Assembly: GCA_002633005.1 (NCBI GenBank)
Contig: NMRA01000440.1
Coordinates: forward strand, 95,786-159,785
Length of the DNA: 64,000 nt
Reading direction: 5' to 3'
Source: Phoronis australis
Lineage: Eukaryota > Animalia > Phoronida
Shown: positions 13,101 through 23,686 of the stretch, in pieces
Position numbering within the stretch: position 1 is the first letter of the stretch
Layout of the letters: each line of letters starts with the position of its first letter
Notes under the pieces: model-generated
The model's database searches: none
Seen by the model: the letters and a program-made list of their open reading frames with translations, nothing else
Told to the model about the DNA's origin: nothing
Made by a program: the position numbers and the translations under genes

Positions 13101-16100
13101 TAGTTAAAATGTGTAGCTTCAGTCAAAATTAAGATGTCATGAGTAAGCCTTGTGAACTTAGTTGATCGCATTAAAATATTCCGATTTCAACAACTCATTC
13201 CTTCATTGTGAAACTGAAAAGTTACCCTAGTATGTCCCCGTGTGCTATCACTTGCACTTAGTACCCAATGGCTATCTGTATGTATGTTTGTTTTTACCTG
13301 TTAGTATTTGTGAGCTTTGTCATCTTGGTGATGTACCTTGCAGGGATCACAGTGGGGGTAACCAGAAGTTGGTGCAGCAGCATCGTGGACTACAGGTGTA
13401 TGGGGGATCTCAGGATCATGTGTCGGCAGGAACGCAGTACGTTACATTGTCATTATTATGCGCTCACATATTTATATGTGGACGCATAATAATGTGAAAA
13501 CAAAACAATCTGCAAATAGGTGACCTTTGCACTAATGCCGTATCTCACGGGCTCACATTGCCTGCATCGTGCAGTGTCATTTCCCAGCACCATGTCACGA
13601 TACTTACTGGACACAGTTCAATGATTTGCGGTGGACCATTTGCACCAGAAAACTTGTTCTTAAAAACATTTGGCACTTTTCAACCTACTTCATATTCACA
13701 TCGTCTCCCTATTTTGTGTTTCTAACTAATTTGGCCAAGCAGTCACAGAGGTATGGAATTAGCGTGCAAGTTCCACTAAACATTGTGCTGTGTGATGCCT
13801 CATCCTGTTCCAGGGGGTGGATGGTAAGTGCTGATGGACACACCATGACAAGGTTAAGCTGATTATACACAATTGTCTTAATACTGTCTGCAATGAGTGT
13901 TCATTTGTTCTGCTACACTCTATTTCAGCCGTGTCAATGATGGTGATGTTCTCCAGTTTGGCAACCTCAAGTTCACTGTTCTTTTCACACCTGGCCACAC
14001 AGTTGGTCATGTGGTTTACCTGTTGGATGGCACACCTTTTGGCTTGCCTGACTCTCTGTTCACAGGTGACCTGCTCTTTGTTGGTGGTGTAGGTAAGCAA
14101 ATTGACTATAACAATCAGTGCTTGACGCTTAGCTGAATGCCAACTTGACAAATGCGTCTTAGCAAAAATCCCAGGTTGCCAAACGAAAGCAACCATTTCC
14201 TAGATATTGTGATACGCATTACCCTATGCAAGAGATCCTGCATGAGACTATGCAAGGCTGTCGTTCATCCAACAGGGATCCCCGTGTCAACTCTCCTGTT
14301 AAACAATGTTGACCCTAGTTCACTCCAACTTGATCTAACTGAAGTCCTCTTATCGACAGAGAACGCTGACCATCTGAAACACTACAGGCGCGTGTTAAAT
14401 GGTCCAATTTTGGCCGAATAATTGCTATGTCGGTCTGTTTACTTCCTGTTATAATTTGAGCACGTTTGATATGCACTGATTGCTTGACTTCTCAGGGTGG
14501 CAAATGCACTGATTTTGTGACATAAACATAAAAATTGTGAGCCAAATTTAATGAATCTAAGGTAAAAAGTTTTGGAAGTCACTGCACATATTGACGGGAA
14601 TTTTGGGTGAATTATTGTCTGCCATTGTTACTCACTGTGATGACTTTGTGGTGACTTGGGTTTTTCCCAGCACAATTTCAAGCTGCATTGGTGAGCTAGC
14701 TAGCTGTAGGTGGCCAGATCTGTCACTCACAATAAGTGGAGTCCACTTAATATCCTACTGGAAATAGAATATCCCATTTATTGTCATGAAATGTCAAAAA
14801 AACGAACCTTCCCATCAAAGCCGTGTAAAGTAGAACCTGTAATGTGATTTATTGTCATATTCTTCAATACTGTCATTAAAATCAGCAGAATTTATTCTCA
14901 AATGTTTTTTAGCTTGTATACCTGTCACCATAGTAATCTTGGATCTCGTCGCCAGGGTGAACATCCGTCTTCTGTTTACTTATCTTACTCTGAAACTCCC
15001 CACTTAGCACCATTAGCTTCCAAGAGTGGTTATGGTCGCCACCATGTGGTAATGGTCGCCACCATGTGGTTATGGTCGCCACCATGTGGTTATGGTCACC
15101 TCCATGTGGTTATGGTCACCACCATGTGATTATGGTCACCACCATGTCCTAAACCTGCTTAATGGAATATCCCGCTTACTATTTACGTCAAAACTGAGTG
15201 TGACATTAAGAGGGCTCCACTGACTGTAGTACCTACACAGAAGTTAGTTGGTTCTAATATAATGGTTTTTGAATATGATATGTTAAGGACCATTTGTATC
15301 ACAGTATTCACACTGAATGGATAGAAATGGTACACAAACATTATTACGAGTGCATGCAGTCAGCCAACCATTCGTCTTTCATTATCAGGAGCATTTCTTA
15401 TGAAGATTGTGGTGCTGTGTTTGGTATCTAAGTAATAACTGCTGCTATGTATTTCAGGTCGTATGTTTGAATGCTCTCCATCAGTGATGTTGAAGTCACT
15501 AGACCAAGTCTGCACACTTGCAGATTCCACTCTGCTGTGGCCAGGTTAGTTAAGTCTGCTCACTTGCAGACATGACGGCGACATCCCGTTGCTCCCAACT
15601 TGTTCGATTCTATAGCCCAACAACAAGTTGGGAAGTTTATCCCCATAGCCAATATCTTACATGACTGATTAACTCCATTCTGGCATTGATGGTTGGAGAG
15701 CCTGTGCTCTTTTGTTCGATAATTGCTCTAGTCTCAAGCAGATCGTATCTAGCCTGACTGGGCTGGGCTGATAAAAATGAAAGTTAAGTTATAACATATT
15801 TGAGCTTAAACCAATAGCATTTCTGAATTCCTCGTCAAATGCTGATCATGTTCTTTTTTTGAATTACCAAAATCGCCCAACTACAACAGAATTTAAGACA
15901 ATCTATTCTGTCCAAATGGATTACCACCGCACTGGGTTTGACTGTGTTCTGAATACCCGTTCGGTAATAGCATGCAACCACCATACGTTTCCTTTGAAGC
16001 CTGGGAGATAATTGGTCTGCTTGTTATCATACGGGACAAAAGATTGAGCTGGGCAGTTAACAAAAGAGCCAGATGTTATCGCACGTTCAGCACCCCTCAC

Positions 16101-18461
16101 ATCTGGAAAAGTTACTCAACGACAGAATGCTATAATGGTCCACTCTGTTCTGGCCAGCTTAGTACAGTCTACTCACTGTTAAGTCTACTGTAGCAGTTAT
16201 GTATCATACTGCCACCTGCTGAGTGCCCCTTGGTGTTGATAATAATAATAATTGTTTGTTTGACTATTGTAATGTACAAAGAGATTTGGTTATAAAAGCC
16301 TTTGAGCTCTTACTGAATTAGTTTGTTGGTCGACTCCTCAAATTTTAGATGATGAAAGTGTGCTTATCTCTGGAGTGTTAAAAGTGAACTTGTTTTCTTT
16401 GTTATGTACAGATTAATGAAGGTTGGATGGGACATTATTTCATGTTAATTCAACTTGCAAGCAATACTGCAAGGTGACGTGAAAGTTTATGAACATTTTC
16501 TTGTCTGTGTTGGATAGTCCCAAAATGGCAGTCAAGTCCTTACTTCTAGGTCACTGAAAAATGTGAACACTAAGATTTTGACCCTCAAATGTTTATTACT
16601 AACGGTAGGAGAAAGATGGTAATTCGATGAGCTTGGGACACTTCCATCACAGACTACCAATTTATGGAGAACAAACAAAGAAACGCCCTCGCTTGCAGGA
16701 TAAAAAACGTCATCGACGTCACAATCAGCTGGAAAAGCACCTGGAAATATTTGTCATAATAAAGGACCTCAACTGAAACTTAAATAAATTTCCTTTCTTA
16801 TGTGGCGCAAACAATTTCTTTGCTAGTGTCTGATGTGAATTAGGCTAACAATCAAATATGTGGACGTTATGTGGACAGGTGACAGTCTGTGTTCTCATTC
16901 CCATACAGCAGATCACCAATGGCCAACTACAAAACTGTTCACTGTCTGAACAAGTAAAGGCGGTTTATTCCCGTCCTCAGTCCAGCTGTGGAATGGTTTA
17001 CAAGTGTACCCAATTGTGCCATATGGCTTTGAATTGCAAGTCAGCAGTCTGGCAACAGTGATGTCTAGCTGTTTAAAGTGTTTTTTCAGCTGAATGAAGC
17101 TCAGTTGATATGATTGTGTGGCTCCATTTTGCTAACAGTTCTATCAAAATATTGGGAACACATGGAAAGAATGTGTGGTGCATGTATGCAGGGGACGTCT
17201 GCCATGTTGGCTTTGTGTTTGTTAACAGTGGTGAGTGTGGCTTGACTGCGTTAGTTGGAACTATCCAGTGATTGTCTTGGTTGAGGAAATAATTTTTGTT
17301 TGAGGGCTTATAGTAGTTTTTGAATCCTTTTTGATGGTGTAAATTTCTTCTATCATACTTTACCTTTAAGAACTGATCTACACTGATTTCTCATGCTTCT
17401 CACAATGGTCTGTTGACAGTCACTTGTCACAGTGGTCTGTTGACTGTCACTTGTCACAGTTGTCTGTTGACTGTCGCTTGTCACAGTGGTCTGTTGACTG
17501 TCGCTTGTCACAGTGGTCTGTTGACTCACTTGTCACAGTGGTCTGTTGACTGTCACTTGTCACAGTGGTCTGTTGACTGTCACTTGTCACAGTGGTCTGT
17601 TGACTGTCGCTTGTCACAGTGGTCTGTTGACTGTCACTTCTGGCAGTAGTCTCTTGACTCTCACTTGTCACAGTGGTCTGTTGACTGTCACTTCTGGCAG
17701 TAGTCTCTTGACTCTCACTTGTCACAGTGGTCTGTTGACTGTCACTTCTGGCAGTAGTCTCTTGACTCTCACTTGTCACAGTGGTCTGTTGACTGTCGCT
17801 TCTGGCAGTAGTCTCTTGACTCTCACTCTTCGCACAGTGGTCTATTGACTCTCACGCTTCTCGCAATGGTCTCTTTGTTTTAGTTGTAATGTTTCTTTTA
17901 ATAGATTGTGTTCTGTTTTTCCACATTTCCTTTAAGAATTGGACTCCACTGTCTCACTTTTCAATCTTGGTGTGTTCTAGGTCATGAGTATGGACAGGAC
18001 AACCTTGAATTTGCCGCGTCTGTGGATGGAGACAATAGTCAGCTTCAGGAAAAATACAACTGGGTTCTGACTAGACGGAAAGTTAACTTGGTCGCGGTAA
18101 GAATTCACCGGTTGTAATCTTGGTTAAGCATGTATATGTTTTTAGTGCCACCTATGAGTCGCTTTTGTTTAAGGCTGAAAATATTTCTGTGTAACAAAAT
18201 GTTCAACCCAGAATGCTTCTGTTTATCGTTATGTTGTTGCATATCGCAGATGTGATGTTGCTTGCTTGTTTCCAGGTTCCAAGTACTATAGGTGAAGAAA
18301 AATCATACAATCCTTTCTTGCGCACACACCATAACGACATCCTTCAAGCTGTTGGACTCGACTTGGAGAAGTTTGAAACAGAGGGAGAAAAACAGACAAC
18401 CCGTTCAAGAGCACTGGCTCAGCTTAGATTGCGCAAAGATAAGTTCAAGTACAAGTTATAG
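1094..18461 (+). CDS. PNKD: PNKD-like probable hydrolase (glyoxalase II/HAGH family metallo-beta-lactamase), complete 9-exon gene, 343 aa
   Basis: Exons 1094-1191, 7200-7315, 7619-7731 (identical copy 10313-10425), 12411-12469, 13344-13436, 13929-14092, 15458-15544, 17981-18096, 18276-18461 all have GT-AG boundaries with consistent phases (total 1032 nt). Motifs YTRTRLGY, DNYSY, THKHWDH, TPGHT, FTGD, WPGHEY and PSTIGEEKSYNPFLR match PNKD. Confidence 0.93.
1342..1763. mobile_element. MITE with ~39-bp terminal inverted repeats
   Basis: tgctgtacgtgaacatggaatcctgcttaatctcaagat (1342-1380) versus atcttgagattaagcaggattccaagttcacgcacagca (1725-1763), 2 mismatches. Confidence 0.65.
1824..2776. mobile_element. 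hAT-type non-autonomous element spanning an assembly gap
   Basis: TIRs caggccttcatgcag / ctggatgaagccctg; 8-bp TSD tcactgta at 1816-1823 and 2777-2784; subterminal ggacgccc repeats at both ends. Confidence 0.75.
3272..4536 (+). mobile_element. Kolobok-type non-autonomous DNA transposon, copy A (inverted, internally deleted copy of B); THAP remnant on +
   Basis: TTAA|AGGAGAATGCCA start and ...CTCCT|TTAA end; reverse complement of most of 4716-6199. Confidence 0.75.
4541..6199 (-). mobile_element. Kolobok-type non-autonomous DNA transposon, copy B (both TIRs intact)
   Basis: TIRs aggagcatgccaccc / gggtggcattctcct flanked by TTAA on both sides; THAP-like remnant MPLCC...FFLLP...KWL...RVC on the minus strand at ~5804-6034. 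Confidence 0.8.
6400..7085 (-). mobile_element. Possible degenerate non-LTR (LINE) reverse-transcriptase fragment
   Basis: Broken minus-strand peptides (LKPNGSPGGTRG, NLQKTF) loosely resemble the LINE RT motifs K.GD....YRGI and DL.KAF. Confidence 0.35.
7200..7315 (+). CDS. PNKD: PNKD-like exon 2 (YFLYTRTRLGYIYHRRDVDKANRKYPDGHS)
   Basis: tttttcag acceptor, G|GTATA donor, similar to the PNKD N-terminal segment. Confidence 0.9.
7619..7731 (+). CDS. PNKD: PNKD-like exon 3 (copy 1)
   Basis: LTIIPIPMVMDNYSYIV...IVDPSVPEAVQ; ttgcag acceptor, CAG|GTATGT donor. Confidence 0.85.
7933..9680 (+). mobile_element. Helentron-associated non-autonomous element (HINE-like) with internal ~145-bp tandem units, 3' truncated
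   Basis: 5' atgcgcccac subterminal motif with a local hairpin, GTCC microsatellite, tandem units each carrying (c)ctagtggc. Confidence 0.7.
9761..9841 (-). mobile_element. tRNA-derived SINE head (Pol III A and B boxes)
   Basis: Minus strand has TGGTGTAGTGG (A box) and GGTTCGACTCC (B box); no convincing acceptor or anticodon stems. Confidence 0.6.
10313..10425 (+). CDS. PNKD: PNKD-like exon 3 (identical duplicate; probably the second haplotype after the 1-nt gap)
   Basis: Identical 113-nt exon inside a duplicated block that starts right after the n at 10290. Confidence 0.7.
10628..12354 (+). mobile_element. Complete Helentron-associated element (HINE-like)
   Basis: 5' atacgcccac and 3' gtgggcgcat subterminal inverted repeats, GTCC microsatellite, ~11 tandem units, 3' hairpin caacac-tcc-gtgttg followed by ctcttgtt. 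Confidence 0.8.
12411..12469 (+). CDS. PNKD: PNKD-like exon 4 (AILTTHKHW)
   Basis: First half of the HxHxDH metal-binding motif; AG/GT boundaries. Confidence 0.92.
12706..12920. repeat. 65-bp tandem repeat, about 3.3 copies
   Basis: ccaacatgca recurs at 12711, 12776, 12841 and 12906. Confidence 0.9.
13344..13436 (+). CDS. PNKD: PNKD-like exon 5 (DHSGGN...VYGG)
   Basis: Second half of HxHxDH; phases consistent. Confidence 0.92.
13929..14092 (+). CDS. PNKD: PNKD-like exon 6 (TPGHTVGH...LFTGDLLF)
   Basis: Conserved glyoxalase II motifs; G|GTAAG donor. Confidence 0.95.
15026..15147. repeat. 21-bp minisatellite (tggttatggtcgccaccatgt), about 6 copies
   Basis: Seen directly. Confidence 0.9.
15458..15544 (+). 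CDS. PNKD: PNKD-like exon 7 (GRMFE...LLWP)
   Basis: ttcag acceptor, G|GTTAG donor, matches PNKD GRTFEG...LLWPG. Confidence 0.92.
17401..17872. repeat. 27-bp minisatellite changing into a 54-bp higher-order dimer
   Basis: cacagtggtctgttgactgtcacttgt monomers, alternating with a tggcagtagtctcttgactctc variant from ~17640. Confidence 0.9.
17981..18096 (+). CDS. PNKD: PNKD-like exon 8 (GHEYGQDNLEFA)
   Basis: GHEY motif; GTAAG donor. Confidence 0.93.
18276..18461 (+). CDS. PNKD: PNKD-like exon 9 (VPSTIGEEKSYNPFLR...KYKL*)
   Basis: HAGH C-terminal domain motif; stop TAG at 18459-18461. Confidence 0.94.
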   Translation, partial: VPSTIGEEKSYNPFLRTHHNDILQAVGLDLEKFETEGEKQTTRSRALAQLRLRKDKFKYKL

Positions 18462-18519
18462 AGGTTAGACATCTCATAGTTTGCCATTTGTGCTTATTAA
18501 GATGTTACTTAACATGGTT

Positions 18520-19389
18520 GTTGCATTTCACATTTACTCGGGATCTGGAGTAGGCATGTGTTTTTGTCTTGGGAGGCTGTAATCTGGACCCAGTCAATCG
18601 TAGATGGTTTGGCCTGAGCGAGTTCCCGTCGAGTAGCTTGCTTAGCTTGCTGTGATCATTGCTGCAAAACGTTAATTTATCTCTTCAGAGGGAATTTACA
18701 TTCCGTAGCGCGTTTCTTAGCCGTCGTTACCCAGCTGTCAAACGATTGACTTGGTTTATGTTTTAAGGTGCACCAGAATTGTTCACGGAGCATAAGTTGT
18801 GGGTCATGCTGACCAAAATGCTCATCAATCTTGTGAAACACCAAAATTGTCCAGATTCTCAGCTAAAACCTCGTTGCCATCTGCGTCAGTGCGTTGTGGT
18901 AAAAATTCTAAATTGTGGAAAATTTCTAACGCCGAGTCCCCAATGTGGTTCAATAACATTGCAACCTTTTGGTCATCCTGGCTCTTGCCACATCCAATGG
19001 CCTTTAAATAGAATAGGAACCACTGTCGGCCTTTAAATAGATTAGGAACCACTGTCGGCCTTTAAATAGACTAGGAACCACTGTCGGCCTTTAAATAGAC
19101 TAGGAACCACTGTCGCCACGCTAGCTAGCGAGCTGACGGATTTCCGGTCTCTATCGAAAGTGGTTCGGGCGCACGTCCACTTAAAATGTTCATTGCCACT
19201 TTACTGAATGGGCACAAACGAGTTACCTGGATGTACAATAAGTGTTCATCGTATGATTCGCCGCGGGTCCACTCCTGACACCATGTAATAGTTTATTGTG
19301 TCGAATGAAAGTAGCAGTCTTTGAAGTGAATGAATGTCTATTGCTTCAAAACCAGGCAAATAGCGTCATTGTCACTAACTGATATAACA
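18520..19389 (-). mobile_element. Truncated Gypsy element: 106-bp 5' LTR (19284-19389), tRNA-Leu-type PBS and gag fragment
   Basis: Minus strand TGTTATATC...AATAAACTATTACA followed by TGGTGTCAGGAGTGG; gag-like RQWFLFYLKAIG...KVAMLLNHIGDSALEIF; left end approximate. Confidence 0.8.
18999..19114. repeat. 29-bp tandem repeat x4 inside the gag fragment
   Basis: ggcctttaaatagaNtaggaaccactgtc repeated four times. Confidence 0.9.
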
Positions 19390-20149
19390 TACATCAATTG
19401 AATGAAAATATGTTGACTTTATCAAGTCAAATATCTCATTCAAATCACATTTTGTCCATCATAAACTGTTCTTTAGCGTAACTTATTCAAGTTTGTATAT
19501 GCTGTCCTCCTTTAGGGCAGGCATGCATCAAACTTTAGGGCAGGCATGTATCAAACTTCAACTGTATCTTCTTGATAGGTTGATTGTATGACGTCAGAAG
19601 CATTGTTCAACAGTGGCAACTTGATGAGAGATAGTGTGATGTTAGTGTTCTTGTTAAATGTATGGCTTTTATGTAACTGGGTCCTGTCCTTTTTGATATA
19701 TGTGAAATTGGACAACTGTGTGAATGTGCAATTATTTGTATGTGTTACTCACTACTACTGGAACAGTGAACTATTAATTGTATCAATTTGATCAATACTT
19801 ATTGCAGTGTTAATACTTATTTCATGTTTATGAAACCACGAAGTGCTTTTCATTTTTTAAATCAATTGAGTGCTTCATAGTTTATATTTCCAGAGGATCA
19901 TTATTTTGTGAATTATTACAAAAACCACTTAGAAGAATTGTTTTTAAGGTTTGGTGTTTTTAATAAGAACAACCTAAAGTATAATCAAGATATTTTCTGT
20001 TGTTTAGTATGGTGTCTGTTTATGTTTAGTATGGTTTCTGTTTATGTTAAGTATGGTGTCTGTTTATGTTTTTTGACCCATTCAAATCAAATTAAAATGT
20101 CAAAATTGAAAACAGTAGTAATTAGGCCAGATTTATGTAGCACTGTAAG

Positions 20150-20990
20150 ATACTAAGCACTTTGAAAATTATTACTAGGCTATGGACCTGGCACACCTTC
20201 GGCCGTTCAGTGCAAGCAAGGGTTTCTGATATTTGTTGGAAAGCGGCCATCGTTGAACTTGAACAGTATAGCTGAAACATAATTCCATTTTCCAGATGCC
20301 CCACTATTACACCAGATGCCCCACCATTACTCCAGATGCCCCACCCTTTTGCTTGCATTGTCTGTTGTTGACTGCGGTTAAGCTGTTGTAATAACGAGAT
20401 TATCGAAGCTTGCACCCACCTGGGAAACCAGTCCATATTTTGACATTGTCTAGCCATAAACTTTGTTTATCAGCTTGGTGGCCAATCCATTTGTAAACTT
20501 TCCCACTGCCAAAAAGACTGGACTTGTTGACCATTGCTGTTGCAAAGAATGTTTGATAAATTCCAAGTTTCTTGTGGTGTAATATTTTAAAGACCTTTTC
20601 TCTGGTAATGCACTTGTCTTACTGTTTTCCCAAATTATCAAATGTATCCATGGGGAATTGTGATGAGTCATGACTGTCATGGATGCAGAGGTTTGAATAA
20701 ACAGATCCCATGGTGCACTATGTTTTGGGCAAATGGGGCTGCCATGAGTGTAGAGAACACAACTGGGGGAATAATCCCTTGATTCTCGAGTCTACCGAGT
20801 TTGTTCTTGATGCGCTCGCGCAGCGCATAATGTACTGTTCTTGCCTTGAAAAATCGCGAGGAGTCACCTGCGGATCAACTCGGATTGATGCATGAACACC
20901 ACTGATTTGACCAATCTCATCCTTGAACACATCACTGTGCTAACCAACAACATTCTCTGTAACCTTGGGGGTGCTTTATCAAGCTGTTTC
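20150..20990 (-). mobile_element. Degenerate Gypsy pol fragment (pre-RT to RNase H)
   Basis: FKDEIGQISGVHASIRVDPQVTPR and further broken pol-like peptides on minus; ends approximate. Confidence 0.6.
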
Positions 20991-20999
20991 AACTTGATA

Positions 21000-22330
21000 T
21001 TCACCAGTGGCTCATGGTTACTAGATTGTGACTAGCTTGTCGTACACGTAAGTGTCAAACTTCTCAAGGTCGTACTCAGTGGTTTAAAGCTTGGATTCTG
21101 TAAGAGTCGAGGCTTTGGATGTAAATGCAATGGGTTTGCCATTCTGAATTAAAGCGGCTCCTAAACGCTTCACTAAAGCATCTACTTCAAACTCTACAGG
21201 AGTCGTAGGGTCAAAATATTGCAACTCCATGTCAGAGTTCACTGTATCTTGCAGTTCGTTGAAAGCTAAGTGGTCTTCTGCACACCATTCCCATTCAGAA
21301 TGCTTTTTTGCAAAGTTGTCGTAGTAAAATGATCTTGCTAGCTAAATGTGGTATGAACTGTGCAAGGTATTGTACTGGTCCAAGGAAGCTTTGTAATTCC
21401 TAGATGTTTTTAGGCGCATCCTTGCTTTTTAGCGTGTCCCATTTGCTGGGGTTGGGCTTTATGCCATCCGGTGACCAGATAAGACCAAAAAGGTGACGAA
21501 TTTTGCACTGTTCAGCCCTGAGGACAAGTTCATGCTGTCTGGCAGCTGCCATGACTCAATGTAAGGCTTTGTCATGATCCTTTATGTTTTTGCCATAGAT
21601 TACTAGGTCGTTCTATTATGCCTGACACCGTGGTCAGCTATCCTAATGACGCCGTCTATGTGTTTCTGAAGAAAAATGTCTTGCGATACGCATAGTCCAA
21701 ACAGTAATCTACGGAATTTGTACTTGCCAAACGGACTCTGGAAGGTACACAGGTTACTACTGGCTTCGCCAAGTTTGATACCCTAGTAGCCATGCTTTGC
21801 ATCTAGTTTAGAGAAAACTTTCGACCCGTGCAAGTTGTGGCTAATTTCTTCAAACGTAGGGGTTTTATGATAGGTACGCTTGATTACCAAGTTGAAGATC
21901 CTTGGATTCAATACATGCTATTAATTTGCCTTGGGTTTTCTCGCAAATGCTAGACAGTTAACCCCATTCACTAGCCATAGAATCCTTAACTTTTGCTATC
22001 ACACCTAGGATCTGTCTACATCAGGCGTCAGTTCTATACACTCGGGATACAACTCTCTCAAGGTTTCACAATCAGGGAATGGGGTTTTAGAAACTTTAGC
22101 CTGAAGGGAGTGTTTGCTGTCTACATATAATATGTTTTTGCTATTTGAGACTGATATTATACATAGTCTTTCAAACATTCCACAACACAGAAAAGCGGGC
22201 CCATAAGTGGTACACACATAAAACCTACTATTTACCCACTCTGAGTTATCTAGTTTGACACCAATAGGTCAATATAGCCTAAATGTGGTGTGTCAGAACC
22301 ATTAACTGCCGTTAGTTTGACATCAGATCA
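21000..22330 (-). mobile_element. Degenerate Gypsy pol fragment (RT/RNase H)
   Basis: Minus-strand LQYFDPTTPVEFEVDA...LIQNGKPIAF, FSKLDAKHGY and TFQSPFGKYKFRRLLFGL, with many stops and frameshifts. Confidence 0.8.
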
Positions 22331-23686
22331 AAGATTTTATAGTTACCTAAGATCTTCGACTTATGACATAAATAAGTCAAAGCGTTACAAGTAGCGCCAC
22401 CTTCTGGAAGGCGCTCAAATACAGCATAATAACATGGATGACTGTAATGCCAATGTGTCCTCTGGTGCTTACAAAATACTTTGTTTCGCTTGCCTAAAGA
22501 TAAGGAGAGGTAAGTGTATATTCATTATATATTCCATACTACTACTGGCAAGTGCTGATCGGAGAACATGAGTCAGTTCTGCTGAAGAATAATAATAGTA
22601 GCAGGCCTACCTATTAGGGCAGACCCAGTGTCCTGGTCAGCTGGCCTTGTTTACTGTGTGAAAACTGGGGTGAGATAGCACTTACATGGCCAGGTTTAGT
22701 GGAGAATGTTTGCAAGCTTGCACAATGTAATGATGTTGTTTGTTGGCGTGTAAACTATTTCTCAATGAATGGTTCAATTTTAGTTGTGCGAGTTGGGTGA
22801 AGAGTATGCATCGATCTGACCTAGCAGGTAAATCCTTAGAAGAGCTACACAACCTGCGATTGTCGCCATATCCAAGAGTAGCACTTATCAACTAAAATAA
22901 GAAACTGTTGCTTTAGTATAAACAGTCTGATTTGATGTGTTAGTATGAAGTTCGCAGGCACTACTCTGTATTATCACAGGATACGCGTGCCTCTGGCTAT
23001 CTTGCTGAAGAATATGGACCCTAATCAGGGATTATTGAGTCAACTTCTTTCTTAGAACAGTAAACAAACCTTATTCTTTGATACATTCGGCAGTACCCAC
23101 ACNTTTGCCCCAGAGAAACAAAAACTCTGAAAAAAGTAGAAAATGAGTTGTATTGATGCCATTGTCTTCATGTGAAATGGTCAATAGTCATATAACATTG
23201 ACTGATTAGTCTGAAGTAGACTAATTATATGCAGTATAAGTGGAAAAAGTTTTCTGGTAACATTTTCATTGTACCGGATGGTGGTGTATGTTGCCTCGAA
23301 CCACATACATTATCCATGACAACTATTTTTATGTTGGCAAAATCAAATTTATTGTCTTTAATATTGCAGTTATTCCAGAACATTAGTACTGTAGAAGTGC
23401 TAGGTCTCATAGCTGAGATATCTGTATTGACATGTGTGACGTGCACATAATGGAACTCGGTCGGCCATTTGTATTCCAAAAAGATATCCCCCTCCCACCT
23501 CCGAACCCAAAGAGTCCACGCTGTCCAAAGCGCCATCCATTGCACAAAAAGATAACCAATGTCACACTTTTCCCCTTGGAAAGAAAATTTTGATCTCAAA
23601 GAGCAAAATTTTAAACAAACTAATAACTAATACAAACAACAAGTATCTAATTACAGACAAAGCGTATTTGGACTTAACAATTGATA

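Noticed and set aside
12706-19114. Short regular repeats (65, 21, 27 and 29 bp) as possible CRISPR arrays
   Set aside because: Units are head-to-tail with no unique spacers, there are no cas genes, and the context is a spliced eukaryotic gene.
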